DNA of 61,464 bases from an uncultured bacterium (GCA_965372355.1 CBDVBZ010000005.1:1-61464); one strand, 5' to 3'; shown: positions 10,723-22,333, counted from the first letter of the stretch. Translations and numbers: made by a program. Notes: generated from the letters alone by a model not told the origin.

Positions 10723-10752
10723 AATATAAGAGACTATCCGCCGGGGTGTCAA
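10723..10752 (-). promoter_or_regulatory. sigma70-type promoter of the lipoprotein operon
   Basis: TTGACA-N18-TATATT about 70 nt upstream of ATG 10653. Confidence 0.55.
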
Positions 10753-10859
10753 TGAAAAATTTACCAGAATCGTCCCATAACTACCTATGGGAGCGTGAAA
10801 TAGACCTCGAAACTCACCAAAACGCCCCCGGCATCCTCTCACGCCTCCGAACCCCATCA

Positions 10860-11434
10860 ATCAGGCTTGCGAAGCTCACTGAAGGAAGGGTCGAAGACTG
10901 GGGTCAACACCTGATGCAGAGCTTGCTGGATCAGACGGTCCACCACCGTTGGGATGCCGAGCTTGCGCATTCCTTCCGGGGTGGTGTCCGGCATCCCAGC
11001 CGAACGGTCTGTGTCTCGGTAAACCATCGAGAATCGAGGCTCCTGCTCCATGTTCATGTTCGGGCCTTCAGCCGGATCGAACGACCTATTATGCCCTCTG
11101 CTGACTTCTGTCAATCCATCGGACCGCCTCTCGGCGGTCCTAGCACAGGGCAGATCGACAGATCTCCCCGGGTAATGCGCACCCACCTTCACACTTATGC
11201 CCGCCGCATATACGTCCGTGCTTTCCGTACAGGTATCGGGCTTCAGAGACATATGACTCCTTACCCAGCACGTCCGCCTCGTATACGGTTCCTGTTCGTC
11301 AAGCCAGTGCTTTGCCTGCGGCTTCCTTCGGACCCCACCTCGCGGTGGCAGCCCTTGCCGTTCGGCTAGCAGTTCCCCCTGTCGGGTCTGCGGAGGACTT
11401 GCACCTCCAAGTGGGTGCGCCCTGCCGGGCGCAC
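10860..11434 (-). mobile_element. Truncated class IIC group II intron (5' RNA domains plus RT fragment)
   Basis: Starts GTGCGCCCGGCAGGGCGC about 5 nt after a terminator hairpin and U-tract, the IIC target. Encodes only the RT fragment MRKLGIPTVVDRLIQQALHQVLTPVFDPSFSE; no YADD and no clear domain V. Confidence 0.85.
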
Positions 11435-11439
11435 ATAAG

Positions 11440-11472
11440 AAAAGGGACCGGTGAAAATCACCGGCCCCTTTT
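11440..11472 (-). terminator. Rho-independent terminator (intron target site)
   Basis: GGGGCCGGTGA-ttt-TCACCGGTCCC followed by TTTT on the minus strand; T-tract also on the plus strand. Confidence 0.85.
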
Positions 11473-11501
11473 CAGGCTTCGTCAAGCGAGACGAATCCTT
11501 C

Positions 11502-14500
11502 TTACTTCAGAAGAACCATCTTCTTCGTCTGCGAGAAGTTCTTCGTCACGAGCTTGTAGAAGTACACACCGCTCGACACGGTCTGGCCAGCATTGTTTCC
11601 GCCATCCCATGTGACCGGCTGGATCTGATCTGGAGCCTGGACTTCGTCCACGAGCGTCCTGATCAACTGACCCGCTGCGTTGTAGACCTTCAACGACACA
11701 TGTGCGCGCTCTTTGACAGAGTACTTAATGGTCGTTGTCGGGTTAAACGGGTTCGGGTACGCGTTGAACAGCGCGTTCGCAAACTGAGGTCCACCACCAG
11801 GAACACCGCTCGGGTCAGGAACGATGTTACCCAAGTATTCCAGGATCGTCTTCAAGTGCTCGACACGCGCCGGTGGAAACTGCACGGCCGCATCCCGGAT
11901 GTACTGGAAGCTACCTCCGGAGAGTACGATCGTGGCCCAGATCTCGTTCGGCGAGCCCGGACTCACGGCGTTCTCCTTCTTCGAACTGATCACAAGCGAA
12001 GGATCCGTGCTACCCGGTGTGTTTGTCAACGGGTACGGGAAATCCTCAATGGAAGCGCCTGTCGGTTCGAGTACGTCGAAGTCGTTGATCAGCGCACAAC
12101 CACCGTAGAGAACAAACGACTGACCCGCGAACGGCGTGCTCGTACCGGTAAACGTCGGTGAGACAGGCTCACCGAAGTTCCCGTGATCTCCATCGAGCAG
12201 GTTGAACGAGATCCAGCTGGTCTTCAGCAGAACCGCGCCCGCGCCACCGAGGGTGACCCACTCTGCGGCGATGTCGTCACCGGAGATGTAGAGACCCGGG
12301 CCCTTGGTCGATGTACGAACGAACTGCTCCAGAAGACCGAAGTCATCGGACTTCTCTGGGTTACCGGTACCGTCACCAATGGTTGCACTGGAGAGGTTAC
12401 CGGAGCTCCAGATGATCTTCCGGTAGACGTTGATGATCTGGTTGATGTTCTCCGTGACACGCGACGCCAAGCTGTTACCCACAGCCGACGACGGGCCGAT
12501 GACATCATACCGATCGATCTTGTCACGGATACCCAGCATGTCGAACGAGCTGTCAAAGAACAGCTGCGAAGGACCGCCACGGTCATCCGTGTCATCCACG
12601 TAGAGGATGTCGCCATCGCGGTTGTAACCACCCGCGGGCAGAATCGTGAACTCACACGGGCTGGCCGCAGCTACCGCACGGTCAGTGGTGGTATTGCTGG
12701 CACCCTGGCCGTTGAGAGTTCTGTGCCAGTAGTTCTCGTTGCCGTTACCAATAGTGGCATCAGCATCCGTACCGATGAACCACCAAATGGTATCACCCGG
12801 CACGAAGTACGCATCGTTCAAGTCGACGCAGTACTTGTCCGGTACAATACCACCGGCCGACGTGAACGCGGTATCCAACTGGAAAGTCTCCCAGGTGTTG
12901 GTCCCGTCGCTCCACGAACCGGCATGCGGCCAACGATTGCCCGTCAGACCCGTACGAGTATCCGGCGAACCCAGGCCGGCACCCGACTTGGGCGCGTTGC
13001 TGTTTTGGACTCTCGCATAGAGCCACGCCGACGGGCCGGAACCCACGGGAGCCCAGATCGGCGAGATCGTCATGCTGATCGAGTCAGCAGGCTGGATCCC
13101 AGGACTGTTCGACGGCAGAACGTCGATCGCGCCATCCGCACGCGCGGTGCCGGTCAACGATCCATCACCAGCGAAGTTATCCTGGAAAATGTCGATATGA
13201 CGAACCTGAATCTGCGGTCCGAACGTAGCGATACGCTCTAGGAGGAACTCGTCGAGCAACGGAGCGTGACTGTGACAGGCACCGGTGCCATAAATGTTAC
13301 ACCAGACACGGCACATATCGACCGCACCAACGGCGAGCTGAACAGCATCGGCGTCGGCAGCGATCAGCGCACCGACATCGAAGGGCCTCCGGAGCCAGTC
13401 TCTCGCTCCACCGTAGTAGACAAAGTTGAAGTCTCTCCAGGTGCCAGGACACAGCGGACCAACGGTCGGCTGACTCCACGAGCGAACGCTCCATGTATAG
13501 AACTGGAGGTTATCCAGCGGAAGATCTCGGTACACCAAGGGACGGAACCGATACTCCACACCCGTTCCGGTGTTCGGAACCGCTGGCGACCATACCTCGT
13601 TGTTCATGTAGATGCCATCGGCCGTGACGTACGGCATGGCACCCTGACCCGGCAACGGGTTCGGGGTATGACAATCGTACGCAGTGACCAGCGGATCATC
13701 AAAGAATCCCCACATGAACAGCGGGTTGAAATAACACGGGTCTTCCTGTGTGAGCGAAACGCCAGGATACATATCGCCGTAGAGGCCGAATGGCGTGGCT
13801 GGCTTACCCGTCCACAGACCGACGATGTTATCGCCAGGCGTGGCACTTTCGAAGTTCTCCGTGTTGTTGGTCACCGGAGTGCCACCCGCATAGGTGGTGA
13901 GGGTGACATCATCAAGCATGATCGCACCATCGGTCGGCCAGAGGCCGTCCTCATCGGACCAGGCGCCATCCGCGGTGAACCGGAAGCGAGCCTTGACGTT
14001 GCCGCCCGGCGTACCGGCGATCTGGTTCGTCACCGTCTCCGTGATGTACGGAGTCAGCGAGATGTTGTCGTAGAGGAGCGAACGAGCCGACAACGTATCG
14101 GTGATCGGGAACGAGAACCACGTCGTACCGTCGAACGTGTACTCGACAGTGGTGCCGTCATAACCCGGCTCCGAATCCCAGAATACATTGTAACTCAGGC
14201 CAATGCTGTCACCAGCGACCAGGGCGCTCTCAAAAATCTGATCCCAGCCATTACCATAGCCGGGGAGCCACGCGTAACCGCAATACGGCACGGCCGTCGT
14301 GGGAGGAGCACCGCACCACATCGACTGCGCACCATTCAGCGGAAGAAGGTTACCAAACGTTCCACCGTTGAGTTCCGTGCCATCGGCGACATGCCAAAAC
14401 GCCTTGAGCTGGGCCGTTCTATCCTGTGCGGTCCATCCAGGCAGGTTGCCTATGTCACCGTTGCTCGAATCGAAATCCTCATAGAGCAGGATGAACGTAT

Positions 14501-14684
14501 CCGCCGCCGCTGCGGAACGCAGCGCACCGATCTGGCCGACCAAATCAGGAGGCAGCGGGGCGTCAAGCCTCGGAACAGCCTCGAACTGCTTTCTCTGCGT
14601 GTCAACTTTCTTGGCGGAAGCGACCGTAGCAATGGCCGTTACCGCAAAAAGGACCACGAGACAGAGTACAAAAGTTTTCTTCAT
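11502..14684 (-). CDS. Large secreted/surface protein with C-terminal FlgD-Ig/T9SS-like domain (1060 aa)
   Basis: Start moved to MKKTFVLCLVVLFAV (signal peptide). InhA/MAM-like segment WDSEPGYDG. C-terminus YPNPFNPTTTI...SSGVYFYKL...KKMVLLK. Confidence 0.85.
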   Translation of the reverse strand: MKKTFVLCLVVLFAVTAIATVASAKKVDTQRKQFEAVPRLDAPLPPDLVGQIGALRSAAAADTFILLYEDFDSSNGDIGNLPGWTAQDRTAQLKAFWHVADGTELNGGTFGNLLPLNGAQSMWCGAPPTTAVPYCGYAWLPGYGNGWDQIFESALVAGDSIGLSYNVFWDSEPGYDGTTVEYTFDGTTWFSFPITDTLSARSLLYDNISLTPYITETVTNQIAGTPGGNVKARFRFTADGAWSDEDGLWPTDGAIMLDDVTLTTYAGGTPVTNNTENFESATPGDNIVGLWTGKPATPFGLYGDMYPGVSLTQEDPCYFNPLFMWGFFDDPLVTAYDCHTPNPLPGQGAMPYVTADGIYMNNEVWSPAVPNTGTGVEYRFRPLVYRDLPLDNLQFYTWSVRSWSQPTVGPLCPGTWRDFNFVYYGGARDWLRRPFDVGALIAADADAVQLAVGAVDMCRVWCNIYGTGACHSHAPLLDEFLLERIATFGPQIQVRHIDIFQDNFAGDGSLTGTARADGAIDVLPSNSPGIQPADSISMTISPIWAPVGSGPSAWLYARVQNSNAPKSGAGLGSPDTRTGLTGNRWPHAGSWSDGTNTWETFQLDTAFTSAGGIVPDKYCVDLNDAYFVPGDTIWWFIGTDADATIGNGNENYWHRTLNGQGASNTTTDRAVAAASPCEFTILPAGGYNRDGDILYVDDTDDRGGPSQLFFDSSFDMLGIRDKIDRYDVIGPSSAVGNSLASRVTENINQIINVYRKIIWSSGNLSSATIGDGTGNPEKSDDFGLLEQFVRTSTKGPGLYISGDDIAAEWVTLGGAGAVLLKTSWISFNLLDGDHGNFGEPVSPTFTGTSTPFAGQSFVLYGGCALINDFDVLEPTGASIEDFPYPLTNTPGSTDPSLVISSKKENAVSPGSPNEIWATIVLSGGSFQYIRDAAVQFPPARVEHLKTILEYLGNIVPDPSGVPGGGPQFANALFNAYPNPFNPTTTIKYSVKERAHVSLKVYNAAGQLIRTLVDEVQAPDQIQPVTWDGGNNAGQTVSSGVYFYKLVTKNFSQTKKMVLLK

Positions 14685-15018
14685 CGTATTCCCCCATCGT
14701 TGCTGAGAAGGAAAGTGAATACGCGAAAACCGTAGACAATTTATGGTTGCTTCTACGGATTCAACAAATGAGAAGCACATGGTTCAAGAGGCAAATGGGT
14801 TCTCACAATCACTGAAACGACGACGTCTCACCTCCTTGAACATCTACGTTTCAGGGCTGAAGCCAGTAGCAATAACCGTCGGGCACACAGTACTTGTCGA
14901 GTAAGAGGTTGACACCAACGGTGGTCGGCTTACATGCGCGCAAACGCACGCGGACTATGTTGAGAGGATTTGCGGTTCATACCGCAAACCATAACCCTTT
15001 GCCCCTAGTCCACGCGGA

Positions 15019-15048
15019 ATTATAACATAAACATGGGGTTACTGTCAA
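15019..15048 (-). promoter_or_regulatory. Consensus sigma70 promoter with extended -10
   Basis: TTGACA-N18-TATAAT with TGn immediately before the -10. Confidence 0.75.
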
Positions 15049-15085
15049 CAGAAGAAACCGCGCCCGGATCGGCTGAAACGACCGT

Positions 15086-17254
15086 CTATTCAGCTGATAC
15101 GTCACCGTCTTCCACTATGTGAGAAAAATCTGCATATCTGGAAAACAGTGAGTAGACCGCGGCGAGGAAATTGTGCCGGTTTGCCTTCAAGTCAGCCTCG
15201 GGGCAATTGACAAGGACACGATCGAAATACTCGTCGATCGACGGACCGAGCTCGGATAGAGCGCGAAGGATCGACCGGCTGTCCGAGGAATTCTCGTAGC
15301 GAACCAGACTGGGAATGGTCTGCCTGATGAGCTCGGCGAGCTGCCGCTCCGGATCATCCGTAAAGGCGCCAGCGTCGAAGCGTATCGTCTCGCTGAGAGC
15401 CCCCGAGCCCTCGAAGGCCTCTTTGAGCGCGGGCCAGCCGACGTCCAGCACCCTCATCTCCGGTTGGAGAATGTTGCTGACGCGCTTCGCACCGGTAATC
15501 AGAAGCTCGAACGCCTCGTCTCCCCTCAACTCCTGAAAGGCCCGGGCGCGCTCCAACGCAACGCCGGGCACCGCCCACGCGACCGCCGACACCGCGCCGA
15601 CGATGTCGTAGACGATCCCCTGTTCCTTCAGGCGTGCTGCCGCGCGTGTCTTGAAGAACTCCGCGAGTTGATCGATGACCGGCCCGCTCGGGTCGCGATC
15701 GGCCAGACCGGAGCCCACATAACCGTCGACCGCCCGGGCGATGAGCTCGTCGATCCGCATCGCCGGCCGGGTCTCGAGAATCCTCACAAGTCCGTTCGCC
15801 TGCCGGCGCAACGCGTACGGATCCTGCGACCCCGTAGGCACCAGGCCGGCGAGAAAACACCCCGCGATCGTGTCGAGGCGATCGGCCACGCTAAGCAGGA
15901 CACCCAGCCGGCCGGCCGGGAGCGCGTCGCCTCCGAAACGGGGCAGATACTGTTCGCGCAGTGCATCAACGATCTGCACGGGTTCATTGCCGGCTTCTGC
16001 GTAGTAGCTGCCAATCATCCCCTGGAGGAGTGTGAACTCCTTGCCGTCCTTGATCATCTCGCTCGCCAGATCCGCCTTGGCCAGACGCGATGCACGTTGA
16101 ATCGATTCGTCGTCGACGGGATCGCCATTGTTCTCATTGATGAACTGAGCCAGACGGCAGACACGATCCGACTTGTCACGAAGCGACCCCATCCCCTCGA
16201 GAAACACGACGGCGCCCAGCTTGTCCGAGAGTCCGTCGAGACCCATCTTCACATCCTCGTCCCAGTAGAACATCGCGTCCTCCAAACGCGCCCTCAACAC
16301 TTTCTCGTTGCCCGCCCGGACCGTCCTGGGCGAACCGGGCTTGCCCTCCGTAAACGTAATGAACATGGGGACGAGCTTTCCACCCCGCCCGCGCAGGGCA
16401 AGGTAGCGCTGGTGACTCTTCATCGCCGTAATGACCACGTCATCCGGCAGCGCGAGATATCTCCTATCAAAGGTGCCGGTCAGCGGGTTGGGCTCTTCCA
16501 ACATAAACGTCAGCTCGGTAAGCAACCCGGGGTCCTCGACGAGCTCAAGCTTCTCGCGGGCCGCCGATCGTCTGGCGAGCTTGCCGATCGACTCATACCG
16601 CGCCTCGTGATCGAGGATGATCCCCGCCTTGCCGATCGCCGTCAGATACTGCCCGGCGTTTTTGACCCGGATGCCGGCGCGGCGAATCCACGGGACGGTG
16701 TACGTCGTGGAACCACTCCGCACACCGGCCAGGTCAAAGCGGATCAACGAATCACCAAAGAGGCAAACGAGCCAGCGGATCGGTCGGGCGAAGCGTACCT
16801 CCCCGCTTTCCCAGTGCATCATCTTTGGAAAACGCAGTCCTGCGATCAGCTCGGGCACCGCCTCCTTGAGCAGTGACGACGTCCGCTTCGACTTCAGCTT
16901 GCGCGCAAAACCGAGATAGTCGCCGCGGTCGGTCTCGATGCGTTTCAGATCGGCGACCGCGACCCCCTGCGACCTGGCGAAACCAACGGCCGCTTGGGTC
17001 GGTTTTCCATCGTCATCAAAGCCTCTTGACACGGGCGGACCGGTGACCGTCTCGGTCTCGCGGGTCTGCTTCTCCGCGAGGTCTGATACGATCATCACGA
17101 TTCGTCGCGGCGCACCGGTCACGTAGATGTTCCCAAAAGGGAGTCTCAGTCTGGCGAACCGCGCCGCGGCGTCGCGCCTCAACTGTTCGAAGGCCGGGCG
17201 AATCGCCGCTGGCGGCAGATTCTCGCAGCCAATCTCGAGTAACAGATCGCTCAT
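15086..17254 (-). CDS. glyS: Glycine--tRNA ligase beta subunit
   Basis: [40 protein letters not shown]; overlaps the glyQ stop. Confidence 0.96.
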   Translation of the reverse strand: MSDLLLEIGCENLPPAAIRPAFEQLRRDAAARFARLRLPFGNIYVTGAPRRIVMIVSDLAEKQTRETETVTGPPVSRGFDDDGKPTQAAVGFARSQGVAVADLKRIETDRGDYLGFARKLKSKRTSSLLKEAVPELIAGLRFPKMMHWESGEVRFARPIRWLVCLFGDSLIRFDLAGVRSGSTTYTVPWIRRAGIRVKNAGQYLTAIGKAGIILDHEARYESIGKLARRSAAREKLELVEDPGLLTELTFMLEEPNPLTGTFDRRYLALPDDVVITAMKSHQRYLALRGRGGKLVPMFITFTEGKPGSPRTVRAGNEKVLRARLEDAMFYWDEDVKMGLDGLSDKLGAVVFLEGMGSLRDKSDRVCRLAQFINENNGDPVDDESIQRASRLAKADLASEMIKDGKEFTLLQGMIGSYYAEAGNEPVQIVDALREQYLPRFGGDALPAGRLGVLLSVADRLDTIAGCFLAGLVPTGSQDPYALRRQANGLVRILETRPAMRIDELIARAVDGYVGSGLADRDPSGPVIDQLAEFFKTRAAARLKEQGIVYDIVGAVSAVAWAVPGVALERARAFQELRGDEAFELLITGAKRVSNILQPEMRVLDVGWPALKEAFEGSGALSETIRFDAGAFTDDPERQLAELIRQTIPSLVRYENSSDSRSILRALSELGPSIDEYFDRVLVNCPEADLKANRHNFLAAVYSLFSRYADFSHIVEDGDVSAE

Positions 17255-18156
17255 TTTTGTTTTGCGTCCCCCACGAGTGGAAAGCCCATGGATGCCCGCT
17301 TCTCGAGATGCTTGACGGCAACCCGTCTCGCCAATCCGCGGATCCGCGCGATATATCCGGTTCGCTCGGTCACGCTGATCGCGCCGCGGGCATCCAGGAT
17401 ATTAAAAATGTGTGAAAGCTTGATCGCGTAGTCGTACGCGGGCAGGACGAGATCCTGTTCGAGCATCTTCGCCGCTTCCCTCTCGAAGTTCTGGAAAAGC
17501 TCGAAGTAGAGATCGGTGTTGGCGCTCTCGAAATGAAACACCGAGAACTCTTCTTCCGCCTGGCGATTAACCTCGCCCCAGCTGATCCCGTCACCCCATT
17601 TGATGTCCATCACCGAATCCACATCCTGCAGATAGAGGCAGATCCGCAGGAGACCGTATGTGATCTCCGCCGTGGCGGGGTTGAGTTCCAGCGAACCCGC
17701 CTGTTGGAAGTAGGTGAACTGTGTGATCTCCATTCCGTCGAGCCATACCTCCCACCCGAGCCCCGAGGCCCCGAGCGTGGGGGCTTCCCAGTCGTCTTCG
17801 ACCAGTCGGATATCGTGTTTTCGGGCATCGATCCCGATGAACTTGAGGCTATCGATATAGATCTTGAGCACGTCTTCGGGCGGCGGCTTGAGAACGACCT
17901 GGTACTGGAGAAATTGCTGCACGCGGTTGGGGTTGTCACCGTAACGGCCGTCTTTCGGCCGTTTCGAGGGCTCGACGTATGCGGCCCGCCACGGCTCCGG
18001 ACCGAGAACACGCAGGAATGTCGCGGGATTGAGCGTGCCGGCACCCACCTCCGAGTTGTACGGCTGGAGCAACACGCAGCCCTGCCGCATCCAGAACGTC
18101 TGGAGCTTCATGATGATTTCCTGATACGTGGGCTTTTTGCGGTTCGTGGTCGCCAC
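17251..18156 (-). CDS. glyQ: Glycine--tRNA ligase alpha subunit
   Basis: [37 protein letters not shown]. Start moved to GTG 18156. Confidence 0.96.
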   Translation of the reverse strand: MATTNRKKPTYQEIIMKLQTFWMRQGCVLLQPYNSEVGAGTLNPATFLRVLGPEPWRAAYVEPSKRPKDGRYGDNPNRVQQFLQYQVVLKPPPEDVLKIYIDSLKFIGIDARKHDIRLVEDDWEAPTLGASGLGWEVWLDGMEITQFTYFQQAGSLELNPATAEITYGLLRICLYLQDVDSVMDIKWGDGISWGEVNRQAEEEFSVFHFESANTDLYFELFQNFEREAAKMLEQDLVLPAYDYAIKLSHIFNILDARGAISVTERTGYIARIRGLARRVAVKHLEKRASMGFPLVGDAKQK

Positions 18157-18208
18157 GATGGTACCTCTGGTCAAGACGTCTGCGCACACCGCCTCGGGCG
18201 CGCAGCGC

Positions 18209-18964
18209 TCACGGTCGTGTTTGATTACCTCTGGGCAATAGCTGAAGGGCTTTGGGAAGACTGTACCCTTGAATGTGGAAAGTATACGTCCAATGAATGA
18301 TCTCGCCAAAACGTTTTCTCAAAACCGGATCCACGGTGCTCATCGACGCTTCGGTGATTGTCGAACGGGCGGTCTCGGCGACGAAGCCGAGCAGTGCCGG
18401 ATTCAATCGGACGCGGTGTGGAGACTCCCGGCTGTGAGCTCCGCACAGGCTCGTCCCGTCGGCGGGGTAATAGTAACCGCGCGTCATCTCACCACCGCAC
18501 TCGGCGCAGGAGGGGAGGTCGGGCAGCGTCCCAAGAACCTCTAGCAGATTGAAGGCGAACACAAGATAGACGTAAAGCGGATCTTCCGCGGGCGGGCAGT
18601 CGATGAACTCGCTCAGCAGATCAACGATCCGCTCCTCGGGACTGCCCCAGTAACAAACGTGCTCGACCAGTTCGAGGAGACCCAGAGCGGACGCAAGGTG
18701 TGGGAGTGAATCGCGCATCGCACCGAGCGTGGATCGAACGTGAACCTCCTTGAGAAAGAAGAGAGTGCGCCCCTCCTTGTGATAGTAGACCGCCTCGATC
18801 AGGTTGCCGACTTCAAGAGCGCCTCGAAAAGGGCTCTTGCTGCTCAAGGCGCCTTTACCGATCAGATTGATTTTTCCGTTCTGCCTCCCGAGAACGGTGG
18901 CGAGCACACTCGTCTCACCGCTCCTGGAGCTCTTTAGTACAACACCAACGTCCTTGCGCAGCAT
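18209..18964 (-). CDS. recO: DNA repair protein RecO
   Basis: N-terminal OB-fold pattern, CAECG...LC zinc site, typical recO-glyQ context. Confidence 0.88.
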   Translation of the reverse strand: MLRKDVGVVLKSSRSGETSVLATVLGRQNGKINLIGKGALSSKSPFRGALEVGNLIEAVYYHKEGRTLFFLKEVHVRSTLGAMRDSLPHLASALGLLELVEHVCYWGSPEERIVDLLSEFIDCPPAEDPLYVYLVFAFNLLEVLGTLPDLPSCAECGGEMTRGYYYPADGTSLCGAHSRESPHRVRLNPALLGFVAETARSTITEASMSTVDPVLRKRFGEIIHWTYTFHIQGYSLPKALQLLPRGNQTRP

Positions 18965-18976
18965 CGGTTCTCAAAC

Positions 18977-20332
18977 TCAAGAGGTCACGATGGAAACATA
19001 GTAGGTGGCAAACGCCATATAGATAAGAAGACCGAGGATATCGCTCATCACGGTAATGAACGGGCCCGTGGCAATGGCGGGATCGATCCTGGTGCGCTTC
19101 ATGAGCAACGGTATCAGCACACCCATGAAAGCGGCGACGACGGTAACGCTCAGAAGCGTGGCCCACAGCAGCACTCCCCGCGTCGGCTCCCGCTGCCAGC
19201 CTGTCACGATCGCAAACAGAATGGCCCCGAGAACCATGCCGTTCAAGAACGTCACCTGCAACTCCTTGAACACACGTCTCCCGATGTGTGTCGCCGAGAT
19301 CTCGCCAATCGCGATCTCACGGACGACGACGACGGCCGCCTGTACACCGGTGCTCCCCGCCGTGCCGATCACGAGCGGAACGAAGAACACGAGCGGCAGA
19401 AACTCCGCGGTCGAGAGCGCGTAACGGCTCATGATCACGGCGTTGACCACCTGCCCCAGAAGGGCGAAGATCAGCCACGGCAGCCGCGCCCGCGATATCC
19501 TGAGCGGCGAGGTCTCACCGAGCTCATCTTCCACCGTACCCGCGATTCTCGCGATGTCCTCGGAAGCCTCTTCCTCGAGCACGTCGATGATATCATCCAC
19601 GGTGATTCGCCCTACGAGTGTCCCGCCGTTATCCACCACGGGAAGCGTGAACACATCGTATTTGCCAAAGATACTGGCAACCTCTTCCTGATCCATATCG
19701 ACGGGCACGCTGATCACGTTTTCTTGCATGACATCGGCGACCTTCTCCTGAGGCTCGTGGAGAAGAAGATCCAGGATGGGGATGCTGCCGATCAGCCTGC
19801 TCGCCCGATCGACCACGTAGACGTTCTGGAGGTGTTCGATATCGTCTGCGAGTCCCCGCACCAGCTCGATCGCATCCCGGATGGTCGCCCCCTCACGCAC
19901 GGCAACCTTCTCCACCTCCATGATGCCGCCGGCCGTGTCCTCTTCGAACTCCAGTAGCCCGCGAAGTTTCTCCCGCTCATCCGACGTCAGCAACGCGTCG
20001 ACTTGTTTGGACTTCTCGGGCGTAAGTGTGGAAATAATGTCAGCCGCGTCGTCGGACGGCATCTCTTCCAGAAGCGAAACGACCTCGGAATCCGTCAGCA
20101 GCTCGAGCAGCGCCTGGCCGGAATGGTCGTCGACGACGGCGAGGACATCCGCAGCCGTTTCGTTGTTCAGCTGTTTGAGCACGAACACCTTCTGCTCGTT
20201 CTCCAGCCCCTCGAGCAGTTCGGCGATGTCCGCTGGATGAAACGGCTCGAGGAACGCACGCAGCCCCTGATGGTCCGAGCTATCCAGATACCCTTTGAGA
20301 GTGTCGTATGCGTGGGTCTCACGATCGGTCAT
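18977..20332 (-). CDS. mgtE: Magnesium transporter MgtE
   Basis: HPADIAE, CBS pair, ARLPWL, DPAIATGPFIT. Confidence 0.95.
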   Translation of the reverse strand: MTDRETHAYDTLKGYLDSSDHQGLRAFLEPFHPADIAELLEGLENEQKVFVLKQLNNETAADVLAVVDDHSGQALLELLTDSEVVSLLEEMPSDDAADIISTLTPEKSKQVDALLTSDEREKLRGLLEFEEDTAGGIMEVEKVAVREGATIRDAIELVRGLADDIEHLQNVYVVDRASRLIGSIPILDLLLHEPQEKVADVMQENVISVPVDMDQEEVASIFGKYDVFTLPVVDNGGTLVGRITVDDIIDVLEEEASEDIARIAGTVEDELGETSPLRISRARLPWLIFALLGQVVNAVIMSRYALSTAEFLPLVFFVPLVIGTAGSTGVQAAVVVVREIAIGEISATHIGRRVFKELQVTFLNGMVLGAILFAIVTGWQREPTRGVLLWATLLSVTVVAAFMGVLIPLLMKRTRIDPAIATGPFITVMSDILGLLIYMAFATYYVSIVTS

Positions 20333-20416
20333 AGCGGCATCCTAGAGAACATTTGCAACCTTGACAAGGAGTTTGGTGCGGCTCGGGCGCTGTGTGCGTT
20401 GGCAATACGGGACTCA

Positions 20417-21055
20417 CTAAGAACGGGTTTTCTCGGGGATCTTGGCCTTGGCGGGCTGGGGGAGGTCCGGGGCGAAGGCGCCACCGGAGATCACCATTTT
20501 CATCGCTTCCTCGACCGGGATGTCCAGCTCGACAACATCTCGTTTCGGGATCATCAGAAAAAAGCCGGACGTCGGATTGGGTGTTGTCGGTATGAATACA
20601 TTGACAAGCTCGCGGCCAACGACGCGGTTCATGTACTCTACGCCGTCCTTGGTCACGAATGCCAACGCGTAGGCGTCGCGATGCGGGTATCGTATCAGAA
20701 CCACGCGCTGGAACGCCGTGGTCTTCTCGGTTATAAGAACCGATGCGACTTCTTTTACGGCGGAGTAGATACGGCGGACAAAAGGCAGGCGGTTCAATAC
20801 GCTCTCGCCCAGAGAGATGACCCGCTTGCCGATGAGATTGCTGGCGAGGAGTCCGGTGATCACGATGATGACCAGTACGATGACGAATCCGATCCCCGGA
20901 ATATCGATGATCGGGTATCGTCTCTGCAGCGGCTCGATGAGATTGTCGATCTTGGTAAAACCCCACCACACGACGTACGCCGTTATCGCCGTGGGCGCGA
21001 TAACGACCAGACCGGTCAGGAAATATCTTCTTAAGAATCTCATCATGTCGGGCAC
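20417..21055 (-). CDS. DUF502 family membrane protein
   Basis: YFLTGL, VFIPTTPNPTSGF, AMKMVISGG. Confidence 0.9.
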   Translation of the reverse strand: MPDMMRFLRRYFLTGLVVIAPTAITAYVVWWGFTKIDNLIEPLQRRYPIIDIPGIGFVIVLVIIVITGLLASNLIGKRVISLGESVLNRLPFVRRIYSAVKEVASVLITEKTTAFQRVVLIRYPHRDAYALAFVTKDGVEYMNRVVGRELVNVFIPTTPNPTSGFFLMIPKRDVVELDIPVEEAMKMVISGGAFAPDLPQPAKAKIPEKTRS

Positions 21056-21076
21056 CTGCCGGGAAACACGCCCCAG

Positions 21077-22333
21077 TTAACCAACGTCCTCCAACCCTTT
21101 GCCAACTGAGCGTAGACCCCCAATGAGCACCTTGTCTATTCTTTGTCTCACAACTGACTGGATCTTGAATTCAACCCCACCGCGTGTAATCGTCTCTCCA
21201 ACGTGGGGCACCCGCCCGATCATTTCATACAAAAACCCGCCCAGTGTGTCCACGTCTCCGTCGGGTAGATCGAGCCCCAGCTCTTCGTCCAGCTCTTCCA
21301 GCCTGATACGAGCACTACACACAGCCGTATCGCCATCGATTCGCTTGATGAGCTCCTCTTCGCTGTCGAACTCATCCTGAATATCGCCCACCAACTCCTC
21401 GAGCACATCTTCGAGTGTAATCAACCCCGCTGTGCCGCCGTATTCGTCCACAACGATCGCGAGATGGATCTTGAGCTTCTTGAACTCGGAAAGAAGTTCG
21501 TCGATCATCTTCGACTCGGGAACGAAATACACATCGCGCCTCAGAGAGCTGAGTGTGAAGTCTTCCTCGGTCACCATCCTGTTCAGGATATCCTTGGTGT
21601 GAATGACACCGACAATCTTGTCGATGCTCTCATCGAACACCGGCACCCTCGAGTGGCCCGCGTCAATGATAATCGACACTGCATCGGCCGGGTTCATGTG
21701 GATATTCACCGCCACCATATCGATACGCGGCACCATGACCTCGCGGACACGTGTATCGCCAAACTCGAAGACGCTGGAGACGAGGTGCTGCTCGTCCGTC
21801 TCTTCCTCCCCCTCTGGATACCCAACGAGCTCGATTCTCTTCTGAAAGGTAAGCACCGGAAAGGACAGCGCGTCGAGCAACCTGGGCGACAACCGGGCGA
21901 GCGACCTGACGATCACATAGGCGAGAGGCCTGAATAGGTATGTCACCGGGTATATCGAAAACCTCGCGGAGTTGACGAACCGCTCGGGGGCGCGAAGCGC
22001 AACTGCGCCGGCCAGGGCGACGGGGATAACAACGGACAATGCCATGAACGCAACGACGACCGGCGCACCGGCGTCCAACAGCCGGAATGCGATCCGGTAT
22101 GAGGCGAACAAAACGAGCAAGAAGGCCAGGACCTCAGCGAGAGCCACCGAGAAGTAGTTGTAGACCGCGTCATCGACCAGTCGGTCCACAAAGCGCTTGC
22201 CACCTGCGTCGTCGTCTCCGTTCTTCTCCGGCCTCGCGTACGAGAGCAGCTGCATCGCCGAGTAGGCGCCAGTCATCAGCCCGAGAAACAGCAGCGAGAA
22301 CACATACAGCGCAATATCGATTTCTGTTTTCAT
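21077..22333 (-). CDS. Hemolysin/CNNM family (TM-CBS-CorC) protein
   Basis: VREVMVPR, GHSRVPV, VDEYGGTAGLITLEDVLEELVG. Confidence 0.92.
   Translation of the reverse strand: MKTEIDIALYVFSLLFLGLMTGAYSAMQLLSYARPEKNGDDDAGGKRFVDRLVDDAVYNYFSVALAEVLAFLLVLFASYRIAFRLLDAGAPVVVAFMALSVVIPVALAGAVALRAPERFVNSARFSIYPVTYLFRPLAYVIVRSLARLSPRLLDALSFPVLTFQKRIELVGYPEGEEETDEQHLVSSVFEFGDTRVREVMVPRIDMVAVNIHMNPADAVSIIIDAGHSRVPVFDESIDKIVGVIHTKDILNRMVTEEDFTLSSLRRDVYFVPESKMIDELLSEFKKLKIHLAIVVDEYGGTAGLITLEDVLEELVGDIQDEFDSEEELIKRIDGDTAVCSARIRLEELDEELGLDLPDGDVDTLGGFLYEMIGRVPHVGETITRGGVEFKIQSVVRQRIDKVLIGGLRSVGKGLEDVG

Noticed and set aside
10820-10860. Domain V/VI of the group II intron
   Set aside because: GTGAGAGGATGCCGGGGGCG is faintly similar, but no catalytic triad hairpin can be formed.
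10746-11614. Plus-strand ORFs of 207 and 100 aa
   Set aside because: Antisense shadows of the group II intron remnant.
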